This document shows, piece by piece, positions 40,162 to 48,682 of a stretch of DNA of 64,000 bases (position 1 is the first letter of the stretch; each line of letters starts with the position of its first letter). Source of the stretch: Gallionellaceae bacterium (GTDB taxonomy: Bacteria > Pseudomonadota > Gammaproteobacteria > Burkholderiales > Gallionellaceae); the NCBI GenBank assembly GCA_027448945.1, contig DAIDMQ010000037.1:49791-113790 (forward strand), in the 5' to 3' direction. The translations under genes and the position numbers were made by a program. The notes beneath the pieces were generated by a model. The model was not told the origin of the DNA. It saw only the letters and a list, made by a program, of their open reading frames with translations, and did not search any database.

Positions 40162-41304
40162 ATGAAATCCATAGCCTTCTTCCTTGCCCTGTTGCTCTCC
40201 CCACTCAGTTTCGCCCTGCCTATCGCCGAGATGGCGGTGCCGGAACTGAGTTCTAAAGCCTATTTGCTCTTCGACTATTCCAGCAATCAGGTGCTGCTCA
40301 ACCAGAACGGCGACAGCCGCATGGAGCCCGCCTCATTGACCAAGCTGATGACAGCCTATGTGACTTTCGATGCCCTCAAGCACGGCACCATAGAGATGGA
40401 TCAATCGCTATTCGTACCCGAGAATGCCGCGCGCAACATCAACGGCGAGTCCCGCATGTTGCTCAAAGTCGGTCAATCGGTCACTGTGGATCAGTTACTG
40501 CACGGCCTGATCATTCAGTCCGGCAACGATGCAGCCATCACACTCGCGGTGAATATCGCCGGTAGTGAAGCAGGCTTTGTCGACATGATGAACAAACAAG
40601 CGCAAGCACTGGGCATGGTCAACACACACTACACCAACCCGGTGGGCCTTCCCGATGCGGGACATTACAGTAGCGCCTTCGATCTGGCCTTGGTGGCCGC
40701 AGCCATCGTGCGTGACTTTCCGCAGTATTACCCGCTATTCTCCTTGCGCGAATACACTTTCAACAATGTCTCCCAAGCCAACCGTAACCGCTTGTTGTGG
40801 CTAGACCCGAATGCAGACGGAATGAAAACCGGGCATACCGAAAGTGCGGGTTTCTGCCTGGTCGGTTCGGCCAAGCGCGGACAGCACCGCTTGATCTCGG
40901 TGGTGTTGGGTGCCAGCAGCGACAGTCTGCGCACCAACGAGAGCCAACAGTTATTAAACTTCGGATTCCAGAATTTCGATGCGGTGCGTCTATATGCCAA
41001 AGACCAGGTTGTCTCCGATGCGCGCATATGGAAAGGCACGCAGGGCCATGTAGCTGTGGGCTTCAAGAGTGATGTGTATCTGAGCATCCCCAAAGACCAG
41101 TACAGCAAAGTCAAAGCCACACTGGAAACGCATCAACCCTTAGTTTCACCCATAGACAAGAGCACCCCAATCGGTGTGTTAAAGATTAGTCTGGCGGGTA
41201 AACCTTATGCGGAATTCCCGGTCTACCCTCTGGAGAACGTCGCTGCAGCCAATGTATTTTCACGCGGCTGGGACAGCATAAGACTGCTATTGGAGAGATA
41301 CTAA
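40162..41304 (+). CDS. dacC: D-alanyl-D-alanine carboxypeptidase (PBP5/6)
   Basis: PASLTKLMT (SxxK), SGNDA (SxN), KTGHT (KTG). Confidence 0.93.
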   Translation: MKSIAFFLALLLSPLSFALPIAEMAVPELSSKAYLLFDYSSNQVLLNQNGDSRMEPASLTKLMTAYVTFDALKHGTIEMDQSLFVPENAARNINGESRMLLKVGQSVTVDQLLHGLIIQSGNDAAITLAVNIAGSEAGFVDMMNKQAQALGMVNTHYTNPVGLPDAGHYSSAFDLALVAAAIVRDFPQYYPLFSLREYTFNNVSQANRNRLLWLDPNADGMKTGHTESAGFCLVGSAKRGQHRLISVVLGASSDSLRTNESQQLLNFGFQNFDAVRLYAKDQVVSDARIWKGTQGHVAVGFKSDVYLSIPKDQYSKVKATLETHQPLVSPIDKSTPIGVLKISLAGKPYAEFPVYPLENVAAANVFSRGWDSIRLLLERY

Positions 41305-41309
41305 AAGCC

Positions 41310-42167
41310 ATGATCGTTTACCTGAATGGACTATTCCTACCCGCCGAGCAAGCCCATATATCCGTATTGGATAGAGGCTTCATCTTCGGCGATGGCGTCT
41401 ATGAGGTCATACCGGTCTACTCACGTATCGCCTTCCGCCTGTCAGAACACTTGAAACGACTGCAACACAGTCTGGATGGCATAAAACTACCCAATCCACA
41501 TAGTGATGCAGAATGGACACAGTTGGTGAACGAGCTCATCTCGCACCACGACAGCGCGGATCAATATCTGTATCTGCATATCACACGCGGCGTGGCGGAA
41601 CGAGACCATGCTTTCCCCGATCCGCCGGTTGCGCCCACAGTGTTTATGCTCAGCAAACCGCTGCTTCCACCTGCTAACGACTTGCTGAAAAACGGTATCG
41701 CCTGCATCAGCGCCACCGACAATCGCTGGCTGCGCTGCGACATCAAGGCAATCTCCCTGCTGCCCAATGTCTTGCTGCGCCAGATGGCAGTCGATGCCGG
41801 TTGTGCCGAGACCATCTTGTTCCGTGAAGACCAGTGGCTGACCGAGGGCGCGGCCAGCAACATCTTCGTAATCAAGGACGGCACACTGTATGCGCCCCCC
41901 AAGGATAATTTAATGTTGCCCGGTATCACCTACGATATCGTGCTGGAATTAGCCGCGCTACATGACCTTCCACATCAGGTAAGGCGCATCAGCAAAGCCG
42001 AAGTGCTGGCGGCAGATGAATTGATCCTGAGTTCGTCGACTAAAGAGATCTTGGCGATCACTCGCCTCGATGGCCTGCCGGTCGGCAACGGCAAGCCCGG
42101 TGTGGTCCATGGCCGACTATACGACTATTATCAAAATTTCAAACGTGAAGTGATGCGTGCACTATGA
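41310..42167 (+). CDS. dat: D-amino acid aminotransferase (PLP class IV)
   Basis: DRGFIFGDGVYE, RCDIKAISLL.N, TEGAASN, LPGIT. Confidence 0.88.
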   Translation: MIVYLNGLFLPAEQAHISVLDRGFIFGDGVYEVIPVYSRIAFRLSEHLKRLQHSLDGIKLPNPHSDAEWTQLVNELISHHDSADQYLYLHITRGVAERDHAFPDPPVAPTVFMLSKPLLPPANDLLKNGIACISATDNRWLRCDIKAISLLPNVLLRQMAVDAGCAETILFREDQWLTEGAASNIFVIKDGTLYAPPKDNLMLPGITYDIVLELAALHDLPHQVRRISKAEVLAADELILSSSTKEILAITRLDGLPVGNGKPGVVHGRLYDYYQNFKREVMRAL

Positions 42168-42463
42168 CCGACAAACCCAAAACATTACCGTCAACCAATG
42201 CGTTGACCGATAGCTTGATCGAATATCCCTGCGAATTCCCGCTCAAGATATTCGGTCAGCAAAACGCGGGTTTCGCGCAAGCCGTACTTGAGGTCGTGAC
42301 CAAACACGATCCCGGTTTTGCGGCTGCCAGCATGGAGATGCGCGCCAGTAAAACGGCCCGCTACGTCAGCTTGACCTGCACCATACGCGCCACCTCACGC
42401 ACCCAACTCGACGCTGTCTATCAGGAGTTATGCGACCACCCCATGGTGGTGATGGTGTTGTGA
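42164..42463 (+). CDS. ybeD: YbeD/DUF493 family protein
   Basis: [33 protein letters not shown]; conserved position before lipB. Confidence 0.9.
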   Translation: MTDKPKTLPSTNALTDSLIEYPCEFPLKIFGQQNAGFAQAVLEVVTKHDPGFAAASMEMRASKTARYVSLTCTIRATSRTQLDAVYQELCDHPMVVMVL

Positions 42464-43164
42464 TGCAAAACGGCGTGTTGGAAGTGGAAAGTGAGAAGTG
42501 GGAAGCAAGCGCCAATCACATCGCTCCGCCCGCCCTTCACACCCTAGGACTCGTCGATTACCAAACCACTTGGGACGCGATGAAGCGTTTCACCGTGGCG
42601 CGCAGCGCCGACACGCGCGATGAAATCTGGCTGCTGCAACACCCGCCCACTTACACCCAAGGCTTGGCTGGCCTGCCCGAACACCTGCTGAATCCCACCA
42701 ACATTCCCGTGGTGAAAATAGATAGAGGCGGACAAATCACCTATCACGGCCCGGGGCAGATCGTTGCCTATTTATTGCTCGACATGCGGCGCTGGAAGAT
42801 AGGCGTGCGCGAACTGGTGACCGTGCTGGAAAATGCGGTGATCGATTTGTTAGCCGAATTCGGTGTCGCAGCCCGCAACCGCGTCGATGCGCCCGGCGTG
42901 TATGTGAACGGCGCAAAAATCGCCGCACTCGGATTGAAAATTAAAAATGGTCGCTGCTATCACGGCCTGTCGTTCAACGTGGACATGGACTTAACGCCAT
43001 TTAACAACATCAACCCCTGCGGCTACCAAGGCCTGCGCATCACTCAAGCTTGCGCCCTCGGCATCACCGCCAACATCAATGAACTGCAAGCGCAACTCGC
43101 ACAGAACTTGATACACGGTTTACAGCGGCATTACGCGGGTCAACAAAATTTCGTTCACGATTGA
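42463..43164 (+). CDS. lipB: Octanoyltransferase LipB
   Basis: [40 protein letters not shown]. Confidence 0.96.
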   Translation: MQNGVLEVESEKWEASANHIAPPALHTLGLVDYQTTWDAMKRFTVARSADTRDEIWLLQHPPTYTQGLAGLPEHLLNPTNIPVVKIDRGGQITYHGPGQIVAYLLLDMRRWKIGVRELVTVLENAVIDLLAEFGVAARNRVDAPGVYVNGAKIAALGLKIKNGRCYHGLSFNVDMDLTPFNNINPCGYQGLRITQACALGITANINELQAQLAQNLIHGLQRHYAGQQNFVHD

Positions 43165-43177
43165 ACGGGTAAACACT

Positions 43178-46100
43178 ATGCAGCTTTTTCATCAGCCATT
43201 ATTTAATCCGCGCTTAATTGCTAAACGCTGTTCGCTCGCACCTACACCCGCTGCGCACAAACAAATTTTGCACGACTGGGCACAGACCATACGCAATGGC
43301 AGCATCACAAAAAAAGGCAACAAAGAAGCTGCGATACGCAGCGCGTTCATACAAAAATTCTTTATCGAAATTTTGGGTTATGTGCCCTTCGCCAGCGGTG
43401 CAGCACAAACGATTGCAGAAGAGCATCGAGCAGGCAAAGGCAGTGCCGATGCCGCATTAGGATTTTTTGCTAACGGTAAACCTCAAATCATCGCGCCCGT
43501 TGAGCTTAAAGGCGCGGACACCACCAACCTTGATGCCATCATGCCGGGGCGAAATAAATCTCCAGTACAGCAAGCATGGGAATACGCGGCAGATATTCAA
43601 GGACGAAAATTTATTGTGCTGTCGAATATGGTGGAAATCCGCCTGTATTCCTATGGACAAACACGACAAATTTATGAGCGTTTCGACATCGTTGCATTGG
43701 CTGATAGCGATTCGGAGTATCAACGCTTTCGCTTTTTACTCAGTGCAGAAAATTTGCTCGGTGGTCATACAGAAAAACTGCTGGTTGAAAGTGCTAGTGC
43801 CGAAAAAGAAATCACTCAGCAGCTGTATAGCGATTACAAAGCATGGCGCGTTCAGCTCATCCTCGCGCTTGCGCAGCACAATGAATTACCGCTGACCGAC
43901 ATCATCACCCACGCGCAAACTATCCTTGATCGCATGTTGTTTATCGCCTTCGCCGAAGACCGCGATTTACTGCCTGCGAAAACCATTGAGCAAGCCTACG
44001 TCCAGCGTAATCCTTACAATCCGCAACCGATTTGGGAAAACTTCAAAGGCTTATTTTATGCCGTGGACAAAGGCAATGCCGCCCTTGGCATTCCCGCTTA
44101 CAACGGTGGATTATTCGCCGCCAACACGCTTAAAGATTCGCTCAAGTTGCCCGACTCGGCGTGTGAAATTTTTAAGCAGTTAGGCGAATATGACTTTGCT
44201 TCAGAAGTCGGCGTAGCGGTGTTAGGTCACATTTTTGAACAGTCCGTTGCCGACCTTGAAGAGTTGCGCGAAATAACCGACCTCGACGCATTCAAACTTA
44301 AAGCGGATGAAGTCATCGTCACCAAACAAGCGCGCGGTGTATCGGGAAAGCGCAAACAAAATGGCGTGGTTTACACCCCAGATGACATCACCGCTTTCAT
44401 CGTTGAACAAACTTTGGGCGGCTATCTTGAACAACAACGCAATGCCTTATTAGCGAACTATCTAGATAGCAAAAAGCCACTGGATGAACAAGGCAATCTC
44501 AACTATCGCGTATCCAGCAAAGCCGAAAAAACCAACTACGGAAAACTCAAGCTGATTGATGCGACTCGCCTGACTGAATATCTGTTTTGGCACGCATGGC
44601 GTGAAACATTGCAGCACATCAAAGTGGTCGATCCCGCTTGTGGTTCTGGCGCGTTTCTCATTGCCGCATTTGATTTTCTGGATGCCGAATATCGCAATGT
44701 CAACGAGCAACTGCAAGCCATCACTGGCACGCGCGATTTGTTCGACATCAACCGTGAAATTCTTAACGGCAATTTGTACGGCGTGGACTTAAATCCCGAG
44801 TCCATCGAAATCACCAAACTCTCGTTGTGGCTCAAAACTGCGCAACACGGCAAACCGCTGCAATCTCTGGAAGCCAATCTGCGCGTGGGCAACAGCCTCA
44901 TCCAAGGACAAGAATTTTCTGAGCGTGCTTTCGATTGGCAATTCGCTTTTCCTGATGTTTTCAAAGCAGGCGGCTTCGACGTGGTGCTGGGCAATCCGCC
45001 TTATGTTCGGATGGAACGCCTCAAGCTCATCAAACCTTATTTAGAAAAACACTACGCTGTCGCCAGCGACCGCGCCGACCTCTACTGCTACTTTTTTGAG
45101 CTGGGCGTGCGCTTGCTCAAAGCAGGCGGGCGCATGGGCTACATCTCCTCGTCCACTTTTTTCAAAACAGGCTCGGGCGAACCGTTGCGTCGCTATTTAT
45201 TAGAAAAGACGCAACTGCTCACACTGGTTGATTTTGGCGACTTGCAAGTGTTTGAAGGGGTGACCACCTATCCCGCGATTATTGTGTTGGAGAAAAATGA
45301 CGCACGCGCTGCGAGCAATGAAAATGTAGGAGCTGGCTTGCCTGCGACAGCGACCCTCGCGGCTGAGGCCGCTCCTACAACACCTAGTCTCATCCAATTT
45401 CTCGCGCTCACCACTAAACTCGAAATCTCGCTATCCGAACATTTTTTAGCGCACACACAAACCATGCCGCAAAGCCAATTGGGGCGCGATAGTTGGCGGC
45501 TGGAAAACGACATCGCCGCGCGCCTGCACAGCAAGCTCACGCGAGGACATCCCACCTTAAAGCAAATCTATGGCTCGCCCTTATATGGAATTAAAACGGG
45601 TCTCAATGAAGCCTTCGTAATCGACCGTGCCACACGTGATGCGCTGATTGCACAAGACCCAAAATCTGCCGCTTTGCTCAAGCCTTTTCTCGAAGGCAAA
45701 GACCTGAAAAAATGGCGCATCGAACCGCAAGATTTGTATCTGATTTACATCCCGAAAGGCGTGCTCAACATTGCGGACTATCCGGCGATTCAAGCACACC
45801 TATTGCCCTACCGAGAACAATTAGAAAAGCGCGCAACTAAGCAAGCGTGGTTTGAATTACAACAAGCCCAAACGGCATACATGCCACTTTATGATGGCCC
45901 TAAAATTTCTTGGGGACGATTTCAACCAGAACCCTTGTACTCATTTGACCAAAAAGGGTTTTATGGAAATGATAATGTTTACACCATCCCAAACACGGGA
46001 TATTTTGAGCTCGCACTACTAAACAGTAACGTAACTTGGTTTATCACAAAGGCAATTTGTCCTCCTGTCAGCGGCGGCTTTTATCCAGTTCGAGGTAGTT

Positions 46101-46507
46101 TTGCTGAAGCATTTCCGATCCCCACCGCGAGTAATACCGAAAAATCTCACCTCGCCGCGCTTGCGCAGCAATGCCAACAAACCGCCGAAGCACGGCGTGA
46201 ATTACAAACCGCTTTCCGTAATCGCATTCCCGACCTAGCGATAGGCGGTAAAGCCCGTCTCACACAAAAGCTAGAACGCTGGTGGGAGCTTGATTTTGCT
46301 GCCTTCCGTACCGAGGTCAAGAAGCAATTCAAGCAGGACATCCCGCTGGCAGAGCGCAACGAATGGGAACGCTACTTCACCACCGAACGCGATAAAATCA
46401 CCGCGCTTAACGCAACCATTGCGCAACATGAAATGCACATCAATCAAGCGGTGTACGCATTGTTCCATCTGAGCAGTGAAGAAATTGCCTTATTGGAGTA
46501 CGCATGA
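43178..46507 (+). CDS. Single-chain Type IIG (Eco57I/TaqI-like) restriction-modification enzyme, N6-adenine methyltransferase plus endonuclease
   Basis: N-terminal PD-(D/E)xK pattern (ADAAL...VELK...QAWEY); GVVYTP; VDPACGSGAFL (motif I); FDVVLGNPPY (motif IV); ADLYCYF; TaqI-C-like specificity region. Confidence 0.9.
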   Translation: MQLFHQPLFNPRLIAKRCSLAPTPAAHKQILHDWAQTIRNGSITKKGNKEAAIRSAFIQKFFIEILGYVPFASGAAQTIAEEHRAGKGSADAALGFFANGKPQIIAPVELKGADTTNLDAIMPGRNKSPVQQAWEYAADIQGRKFIVLSNMVEIRLYSYGQTRQIYERFDIVALADSDSEYQRFRFLLSAENLLGGHTEKLLVESASAEKEITQQLYSDYKAWRVQLILALAQHNELPLTDIITHAQTILDRMLFIAFAEDRDLLPAKTIEQAYVQRNPYNPQPIWENFKGLFYAVDKGNAALGIPAYNGGLFAANTLKDSLKLPDSACEIFKQLGEYDFASEVGVAVLGHIFEQSVADLEELREITDLDAFKLKADEVIVTKQARGVSGKRKQNGVVYTPDDITAFIVEQTLGGYLEQQRNALLANYLDSKKPLDEQGNLNYRVSSKAEKTNYGKLKLIDATRLTEYLFWHAWRETLQHIKVVDPACGSGAFLIAAFDFLDAEYRNVNEQLQAITGTRDLFDINREILNGNLYGVDLNPESIEITKLSLWLKTAQHGKPLQSLEANLRVGNSLIQGQEFSERAFDWQFAFPDVFKAGGFDVVLGNPPYVRMERLKLIKPYLEKHYAVASDRADLYCYFFELGVRLLKAGGRMGYISSSTFFKTGSGEPLRRYLLEKTQLLTLVDFGDLQVFEGVTTYPAIIVLEKNDARAASNENVGAGLPATATLAAEAAPTTPSLIQFLALTTKLEISLSEHFLAHTQTMPQSQLGRDSWRLENDIAARLHSKLTRGHPTLKQIYGSPLYGIKTGLNEAFVIDRATRDALIAQDPKSAALLKPFLEGKDLKKWRIEPQDLYLIYIPKGVLNIADYPAIQAHLLPYREQLEKRATKQAWFELQQAQTAYMPLYDGPKISWGRFQPEPLYSFDQKGFYGNDNVYTIPNTGYFELALLNSNVTWFITKAICPPVSGGFYPVRGSFAEAFPIPTASNTEKSHLAALAQQCQQTAEARRELQTAFRNRIPDLAIGGKARLTQKLERWWELDFAAFRTEVKKQFKQDIPLAERNEWERYFTTERDKITALNATIAQHEMHINQAVYALFHLSSEEIALLEYA
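45325..45379. mobile_element. REP doublet (REPIN) embedded in frame in the RM gene
   Basis: GTAGGAGCTGGCTTGCCTGCGA ... TCGCGGCTGAGGCCGCTCCTAC; translates as [18 protein letters not shown]. Confidence 0.9.
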
Positions 46508-47031
46508 AAATCGGGTTTGTAGGAGCGGCCTCAGCCGCGAAATCGATTGTCGCGGCTGAAGCCTCTCCTACACATACAGCACATGGGCATCATGCTTTAC
46601 GCAAATGCCGCGTATCCATTGCAAACGGAATTTATCTCGTCACAGCGACAACGTTAGACCGTCAAAAATTCTTTTTAAATTTTGATGCGGCTTGTTCTGC
46701 TGCACGATGCTTGGAGGACGCAAAATGGCTGGGCGATGCAAAAATGCTAGCGTGGGTGTTGATGCCAAATCATTTGCATGGCTTATTGCAACTGGGTGAA
46801 CGCGATGATTTGAGTGCGGTGGTGCGCCGCATAAAGTCGGCGAGTGCGCAGCAAGTTAATCGCGTATTAAGTAAAACAGGCGCGGTATGGGCAAGCGCGT
46901 TTCACGATCACGCTTTGCGTGATGAAGATGATTTGCAGAATGTGGCGCGCTATATGGTGGCGAATCCATTACGTGCGGGTCTGGTAACACGAATTGGCGA
47001 CTATCCATTTTGGAATGCGGTATGGCTGTAG
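46504..47031 (+). CDS. REP-associated tyrosine transposase (RAYT, TnpA-REP, IS200/IS605 HUH superfamily)
   Basis: [16 protein letters not shown] (HUH), W...[20 protein letters not shown]...DYP.W (catalytic Tyr); flanked by REP doublets. Confidence 0.92.
   Translation: MKIGFVGAASAAKSIVAAEASPTHTAHGHHALRKCRVSIANGIYLVTATTLDRQKFFLNFDAACSAARCLEDAKWLGDAKMLAWVLMPNHLHGLLQLGERDDLSAVVRRIKSASAQQVNRVLSKTGAVWASAFHDHALRDEDDLQNVARYMVANPLRAGLVTRIGDYPFWNAVWL
46518..46572. mobile_element. REP doublet at the RAYT 5' end
   Basis: GTAGGAGCGGCCTCAGCCGCGA-aatcgattg-TCGCGGCTGAAGCCTCTCCTAC. Confidence 0.92.
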
Positions 47032-47081
47032 GAGCTGGCTTGCCTGCGACTGCACACTTCGCGGCTGAAGCCGCTCCTACA
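47027..47081. mobile_element. REP doublet at the RAYT 3' end
   Basis: GTAGGAGCTGGCTTGCCTGCGA-ctgcacact-TCGCGGCTGAAGCCGCTCCTAC; its GTAG contains the RAYT stop codon TAG (47029-47031). Confidence 0.92.
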
Positions 47082-47111
47082 AAATATAAATTTAACAAGA
47101 AAGAAATTAAC

Positions 47112-48050
47112 ATGAGCAACATCGAAAACAAACAAACGGGTGCGGCAAAAACGGCGCGCAATCCGATCAAAATCGTGCCGCTACAGGAACGCTTGCGCAA
47201 GCCCGACTGGATACGTGTGAAGTCGGGCAGCGGCACGGGCTATCACGATGTAAAGCGATTGTTGCGCGAACACAGTTTGGTCACGGTGTGCGAGGAAGCA
47301 TCCTGCCCCAACATCGGCGAGTGTTTTAGCAAAGGCACGGCGACGTTTATGATTTTGGGCGATGTGTGCACACGCCGCTGCCCGTTCTGCGATGTGGCGC
47401 ACGGCAAGCCGCTGCAGCCCGATGCCAACGAGCCGGCCAATCTGGCGCGCTCTATCGGCTTGCTGAATTTAAAATATGTGGTCATCACCAGCGTGGATAG
47501 AGATGATTTGCGCGACGGCGGGGCGCAGCATTTTGTCGATTGCCTGAGTGCGATACGCGCCAGCTCGCCCAACACCCGTTTGGAGATTTTGATACCCGAT
47601 TTTCGCGGTCGATTAGACGAGGCGCTGGATGCGCTGGCGATCAGTTTGCCCGATGTGCTCAACCACAATCTGGAAACCGTGCCGCGCTTGTACAAGCTGG
47701 CGCGCCCGGGTGCAGACTACGCGCATTCGCTCAAGCTGCTGAAAGATTTCAAGGCGCGCTTCCCCGATATTCCGACCAAATCCGGTGTGATGCTGGGCTT
47801 GGGCGAAACCGACGACGAGGTGCTGCAAGTGATGCGCGACCTGCGCGCCCACGATGTGAACATGCTCACCATCGGACAATACTTGCAACCGTCCGACGGC
47901 CATCTGCCGGTGCTGCGCTATGTGCCGCTGGAGACGTTCACGATGTTTGAGCAAGCCGCAAAAGAAATGGGCTTTGACCACGCCGCCTGCGGGCCGATGG
48001 TGCGGTCAAGCTACTACGCGGACGAGCAGGCGCATCTGGCGGGTGTGTAA
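47112..48050 (+). CDS. lipA: Lipoyl synthase
   Basis: [13 protein letters not shown] and CTRRCPFC cluster motifs, NHNLETV, VRSSY. Start at MSNIENK. Confidence 0.97.
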   Translation: MSNIENKQTGAAKTARNPIKIVPLQERLRKPDWIRVKSGSGTGYHDVKRLLREHSLVTVCEEASCPNIGECFSKGTATFMILGDVCTRRCPFCDVAHGKPLQPDANEPANLARSIGLLNLKYVVITSVDRDDLRDGGAQHFVDCLSAIRASSPNTRLEILIPDFRGRLDEALDALAISLPDVLNHNLETVPRLYKLARPGADYAHSLKLLKDFKARFPDIPTKSGVMLGLGETDDEVLQVMRDLRAHDVNMLTIGQYLQPSDGHLPVLRYVPLETFTMFEQAAKEMGFDHAACGPMVRSSYYADEQAHLAGV

Positions 48051-48178
48051 GAAAATTCGCGCAATTATTATAGATTAGCGATGGAAATTACCGTGAGGCG
48101 CTCCCTTGCCGAAAAAATATAGGGAATTTGTGACAGGATGCAGGGTCTGGGTCAGTGGCAAACAAAATCTGCATATAT

Positions 48179-48219
48179 TTGATTTATGTCAATTCGACGC
48201 GGGCGTTACAGAGTAGATT
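48179..48219 (+). promoter_or_regulatory. Putative FNR/Anr/Dnr-type class II promoter for the cytochrome c gene
   Basis: TTGAT-TTAT-GTCAA (48179-48192, one mismatch to TTGAT-N4-ATCAA) and TAGATT -10 at 48214-48219. Confidence 0.6.
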
Positions 48220-48250
48220 ACCTTTAGATTTTTCAACACAGGAGAACAAC

Positions 48251-48568
48251 ATGAAAGTTCGTTATATCGTTGCAATGAGTTTGGGCTTGGCTGTTTCTGC
48301 CAGCGCACTGGCCAATGATGGTGAAGCATTGTTCAAGAAAAGTGGTTGCAACGTCTGCCATGCATTGAACAAAAAGAGCGTGGGTCCTGCTTTCACCGAA
48401 GTGGCCAAGAAGTATGCGGGCGATGCGGGCGCGCAAACCAAGCTGGAAGCCAAGGTGCGCAGCGGTGGTTCTGGCTCTTTCGGTGGTATGCCTATGCCTC
48501 CAACAGGTAAAAACGTCAGTGACGAGAGCATCAAAGCCCTCGTCGCTTTCGCTCTGAGCCAGAAGTAA
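48251..48568 (+). CDS. Periplasmic monoheme cytochrome c (c551/c552 class)
   Basis: GGAG Shine-Dalgarno, signal peptide, CNVCH, VGPAF, GGMPMPP axial Met. Confidence 0.93.
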   Translation: MKVRYIVAMSLGLAVSASALANDGEALFKKSGCNVCHALNKKSVGPAFTEVAKKYAGDAGAQTKLEAKVRSGGSGSFGGMPMPPTGKNVSDESIKALVAFALSQK

Positions 48569-48585
48569 TTCTGCTTTGCACCACA

Positions 48586-48612
48586 AAGAGCCTGCGCAAG
48601 CAGGCTTTTTTG
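48586..48612 (+). terminator. Rho-independent terminator
   Basis: AGCCTGC-GCAA-GCAGGCT followed by TTTTT. Confidence 0.88.
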
Positions 48613-48682
48613 TTGCCCGGTGCAAAGTCCCTGCCGGGCTGAACTGTTATAATCCGCCGCTAATTTTTACGCTGCACGCTGA

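Noticed and set aside
43178-46507. BREX PglX or DISARM methylase as the identity of the RM gene
   Set aside because: No brx/pgl or drm partner genes flank it, and it carries its own N-terminal PD-(D/E)xK nuclease motifs, so stand-alone Type IIG fits better.
45325-47081. The three GTAGGAGC doublets as CRISPR repeats or IS terminal inverted repeats
   Set aside because: They are irregularly spaced inverted pairs with a GTAG foot next to a RAYT, which fits REP/REPIN. There is no DDE transposase or target-site duplication.
47010-47111. ORF-track N-terminal extension of LipA ([24 protein letters not shown]...)
   Set aside because: It is just the REP doublet read in the lipA frame and overlaps the RAYT end. 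The conserved LipA start with an AT-rich leader is at 47112.
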